DNA from: Trichodesmium erythraeum IMS101
GTDB lineage: Bacteria > Cyanobacteriota > Cyanobacteriia > Cyanobacteriales > Microcoleaceae
DNA length: 32,000 nt
Direction: 5' to 3'
Assembly (NCBI RefSeq): GCF_000014265.1
Contig: NC_008312.1
Coordinates: forward strand, 1,170,001-1,202,000
The notes under the pieces are model-generated. The model saw nothing but the letters and a program-made list of their open reading frames with translations, ran no database searches and was not told the DNA's origin. Made by a program: the position numbers and the translations under genes. Positions 29,263-32,000 of the stretch are shown here, one piece after another; the first letter of the stretch is position 1; each line of letters starts with the position of its first letter.

Positions 29263-30468
29263 TCAATCTGGTAACTTATATTGCTCTACAATTTTCTTGG
29301 CAAACTCCGGTACATGAGCGTCTAATTTTTTGGGATAATTCCGCTTTACGTAAAGATAATTACGAGTAAAATGGGAATCAATAGAAAACCGCCCATATTC
29401 CAAGCCTTTAGGACCAATTTTTTCAATTACAACTCCCATTAATTTTGCTGCCCACATTGGTAAAGTTACAGCTTGATCATAAGCTGGAATACTTTGTTGA
29501 ACAGCTTGATGTCTATCTCCCTGAGACATTAGAGGTTGAGTCTCTAATTGATTCATCACCAAATCTAGCATTTGTTTTCCTGTCTCATTTCTAACAGTAA
29601 TCCACTGCCAACCAAAAGTAGCTCCCATATATCCAACTACTAAATCTGCTAAACCATTTACATAGTCAAAACAACTGAGACAAGAAGGAGCAAAAATATC
29701 TTTTAGTTTTTTAGTATTTAAACCAAAAAATGGTACTTTTTCTACTGTTCCATCCTCATGTTTAAAATGTACTCTAAAATCTTGCATAAACTCGTAATGT
29801 ACAACAGTTTCCGGGGACTTACTTGTAGTTTCCAGGAACTTTTGTAATCCCTCTCTTGTGACATTATCTACACAAGGAGTTCCCAAAACATAGAGTTTTT
29901 CTAGATCTAATTTTTTTTCTACTGCTCGTAGTGCTTGAATCTGACAACCAACGCCTATTGCTAATATTTTTTTCATCCCAGATTTTTCAATTTTTTCTAA
30001 CACTGAAAGATTAGGAGAAAGAGTCGGCTTATTAACTTTTGCTGCCAATACTTCCTCTGGTGTACGGGCAATAACTGGCATCGGTTGAAAGCGGTCTTCT
30101 TTGGTATTTTGTACACAGACTACACCTTCAACAATACCTTGGTTGAGCATTTCACAGGCGATCGTGCTCACAATACCAGTCCATTGTGCCCCTTCAATAG
30201 GTTGTTTTTTGCGAGATGCTATCATATCTTGATAGACACCAAAATAGGTTTCATTTTCATCCTCCAGGTTACGAATACGTCCATGAGTTTGCATCTCCAG
30301 GTTTTCAAATTGTTGATTAAGAAATGCACAAGCTTCCTTGACATAATGAATATAATATGTATCGCACAGACCGCATTCGCTACAGAGTTCTTTAGCAGGG
30401 CGACGGGCACCTGGTCTAAGAGCTTTAGCTTTTTTGTGTTTAGGTGTATTTGGAGTTGATATAGTCAT
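29263..30468 (-). CDS. bciB: FrhB/FdhB-family flavo-FeS reductase: ferredoxin-dependent 8-vinyl reductase (BciB) / 7-hydroxymethyl-chlorophyll a reductase homolog
   Basis: The 401-aa ORF has an ATG start and the N-terminal Cys cluster CSECGLCDTYYIHYVKEACAF. It also has GVGCQIQALR, LGTPCVDN and PSCLSCFDY blocks, which as I recall match the Synechocystis Slr1923-type proteins. The family assignment is firm, but BciB versus an HCAR-like paralog cannot be separated by eye. Confidence 0.8.
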   Translation of the reverse strand: MTISTPNTPKHKKAKALRPGARRPAKELCSECGLCDTYYIHYVKEACAFLNQQFENLEMQTHGRIRNLEDENETYFGVYQDMIASRKKQPIEGAQWTGIVSTIACEMLNQGIVEGVVCVQNTKEDRFQPMPVIARTPEEVLAAKVNKPTLSPNLSVLEKIEKSGMKKILAIGVGCQIQALRAVEKKLDLEKLYVLGTPCVDNVTREGLQKFLETTSKSPETVVHYEFMQDFRVHFKHEDGTVEKVPFFGLNTKKLKDIFAPSCLSCFDYVNGLADLVVGYMGATFGWQWITVRNETGKQMLDLVMNQLETQPLMSQGDRHQAVQQSIPAYDQAVTLPMWAAKLMGVVIEKIGPKGLEYGRFSIDSHFTRNYLYVKRNYPKKLDAHVPEFAKKIVEQYKLPD

Positions 30469-30470
30469 TT

Positions 30471-30505
30471 CAGTTAATAGTTATCAGTTATCAATTATTA
30501 GTTAT
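30471..30505. repeat. STRR-like heptamer array (CAGTTAA TAGTTAT CAGTTAT CAATTAT TAGTTAT) abutting the BciB-like start codon
   Basis: Read directly from the sequence. The array begins 2 nt from the ATG (30466-30468), the same register as at queA. Confidence 0.75.
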
Positions 30506-31127
30506 CTCAATAATAGAGAGGCAAAATTAGCAACTTTTATCTAAGATACCGCATTAGACTGAATATAATATAAACTCGGTTTTATATTTTTGTATCTAAT
30601 ATAAAGAAAGGAAAAAGTATAAACCAGGAGAGAAAAAACCTGTTAACTCCTTCCCTACAAAAACAATTTATTACTCAAGCTAAAAAACTGAAGAGGTGAG
30701 AGCCGCTGTCATAAGTTTCCGCTATACTATACAGCGATCTTTAAATGTTCTATTATCCAAGCTCATCAAAATTTCTTGATCATGAAAAAAAGTCGCGCGA
30801 GTTTCTGGTAAAAGTAGAGGAAAAGTTAGAATACACATAAAAATTACAGGGTTTTTATTACCAGTGAGAAATTGTTCTTTGGCAAGAGGTTCAGAGATTA
30901 AATAAAGTACTCAGTTTTGTCTCTAATTAAATTGGCAAACTGGTAAGATTATATTTGCTTGCTTTCCCAAAAAAATTAGAGAGGCAAAGGGTTAGAAGGT
31001 TTGTGCGCAAATTGTTGACTTCAGGGGTTACGGTATGCGCTCGCTTCAACAAGCTTAAAAAAATTAAAAATAGTGGTTTAGTTGCTAAATTTGTTGCTTG
31101 ATATTTTGTGAAATGTCTAACAGATGA

Positions 31128-31396
31128 AAATTAAAAAATGGATTTCACTGCTATAAGGTTTTAGGTAACTTAGGTAATGCTTCTGAAACTGTGGTAAAAA
31201 CTATTTTAGGTTTGCTTGAAAATAACGAGCACAATTTGGTAGTGCATCATAATGTTGTAAAAGCTTTGAGTAAATTAGGCAATGCTTCCGAAGCTTTGGT
31301 ATAAGTACTGTTAAACTTAGTTGAAGATAATAATTCGGCTGTATCTCTGTTTTCAAGGTGTTAGAAAAGCTAGACAATAATTTAGAAACTGAATAA
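31128..31396 (+). pseudogene. Remnant of a HEAT-repeat (PBS-lyase HEAT-like) protein gene
   Basis: The frame from 31128 reads KLKNGFHCYKVLGNLGNASETVVKTILGLLENNEHNLVVHHNVVKALSKLGNASEALV*VLLNLVEDNNSAV..., that is, successive ~31-aa LGxLGNASExxVxxLLxLLxDxxxxV units. An in-frame TAA interrupts them. A frameshift then leads to ...KVLEKLDNNLETE*. There is no start codon, and weaker similarity may extend upstream to about 31000. Confidence 0.6.
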
Positions 31397-32000
31397 GAGT
31401 TACGGAAAAACTCTGTATGTTAGGGGTGTTTTTCTGCACGATGTAAGTCAAAGATACTGATAATGGAAGACAATTATGGCAGAAATTCAGGAGTTAAGCG
31501 ACAAGGAACAAATGAGTTGATGAATTATTGGTTAAACAGCTCCTGTTATAGCGCCGAATTTTATTAAAAGTAGATGGTTATTCAAAGATGAGTCAAGAGA
31601 CTCAAGAAAAAATTAATCCTGACCCAAAATAGTTTCTAGTAAATGCTTTAATTATGACTTCTAGAATAGAAGAAAAATCTCGGGGTATTGATATCAAAAT
31701 TATAACTTTATAGCCATTAAAGAAAAGGAGTCAAGGTTAAGTTTCTCACAGTAATTTCAGGTTACCAAAATCCCAAAATAATTTTCCTTGATAATTAATT
31801 AAAAAATCTATCTTTTTGCCAATATATTAGACATTAAATCTAGTATTTTTTTTTACAAAGATTAAAAATGATTGACTATTTGCCTTATAAATTAGTTCAT
31901 AAAAATTTTATTAATAAATGATTATTACCCCGGTTTAATTGAAGAGATAAAATCCTGAATAATCAAATTAGCTTGTTTTTAGAAATAGAATTTAATGTGG

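Noticed and set aside
1-32000. Search for a novel multi-gene system (defence island, toxin-antitoxin pair, retron, CRISPR-Cas, prophage, biosynthetic cluster)
   Set aside because: Every substantial ORF matches a well-known housekeeping or pigment-biosynthesis family. There is no reverse transcriptase, nuclease-ATPase pair, cas gene, integrase, transposase or clustered accessory genes. Neighbouring genes are mostly on alternating strands and functionally unrelated. Claiming a system would be invention.

Overview
This is a very AT-rich cyanobacterial chromosomal segment. It carries 11 perfect copies of the HIP1 octamer GCGATCGC, where roughly 0.1 would be expected by chance at this composition. 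It also carries (C/T)AGTTAT heptamer arrays of the STRR type known from heterocystous (Nostocales) cyanobacteria. My guess, not a determination, is a gene-sparse filamentous cyanobacterium such as a Richelia/Calothrix-like or Trichodesmium-like organism.

I can support 18 protein genes. All are ordinary housekeeping or pigment-biosynthesis genes on alternating strands: nnr, a SPOR-like secreted protein, mnmA, shc, acsF, rpmF, queA, an orphan ORF, a YraN-family nuclease, a pentapeptide-repeat protein, dnaG, a DUF502 membrane protein, nusB, ftsY, a GAF-PP2C phosphatase, argH, a 60-aa basic protein, and an FrhB-family (BciB-like) chlorophyll reductase. I see no rRNA, tRNA, CRISPR array, cas gene, transposase, integrase, or recognisable defence or toxin gene.

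The unusual feature is the architecture. Only about 58% of the window is intact CDS, and thirteen spacers are 0.5-2 kb long. At least two spacers hold recognisable gene wrecks, one from a TM2-domain gene and one from a HEAT-repeat gene.

I did not find a convincing multi-gene novel system and will not invent one. The best leads are non-coding:
- A base-perfect 181-bp tandem duplication just 3' of dnaG, inside a 2-kb ORF-free tract.
- A G-rich, ~46% GC island with G-U-dependent helices between nusB and ftsY.
- Three exactly phased AAATCTAGATTT palindromes.
- Heptamer arrays fused in the same register to the start codons of queA and the BciB-like gene.
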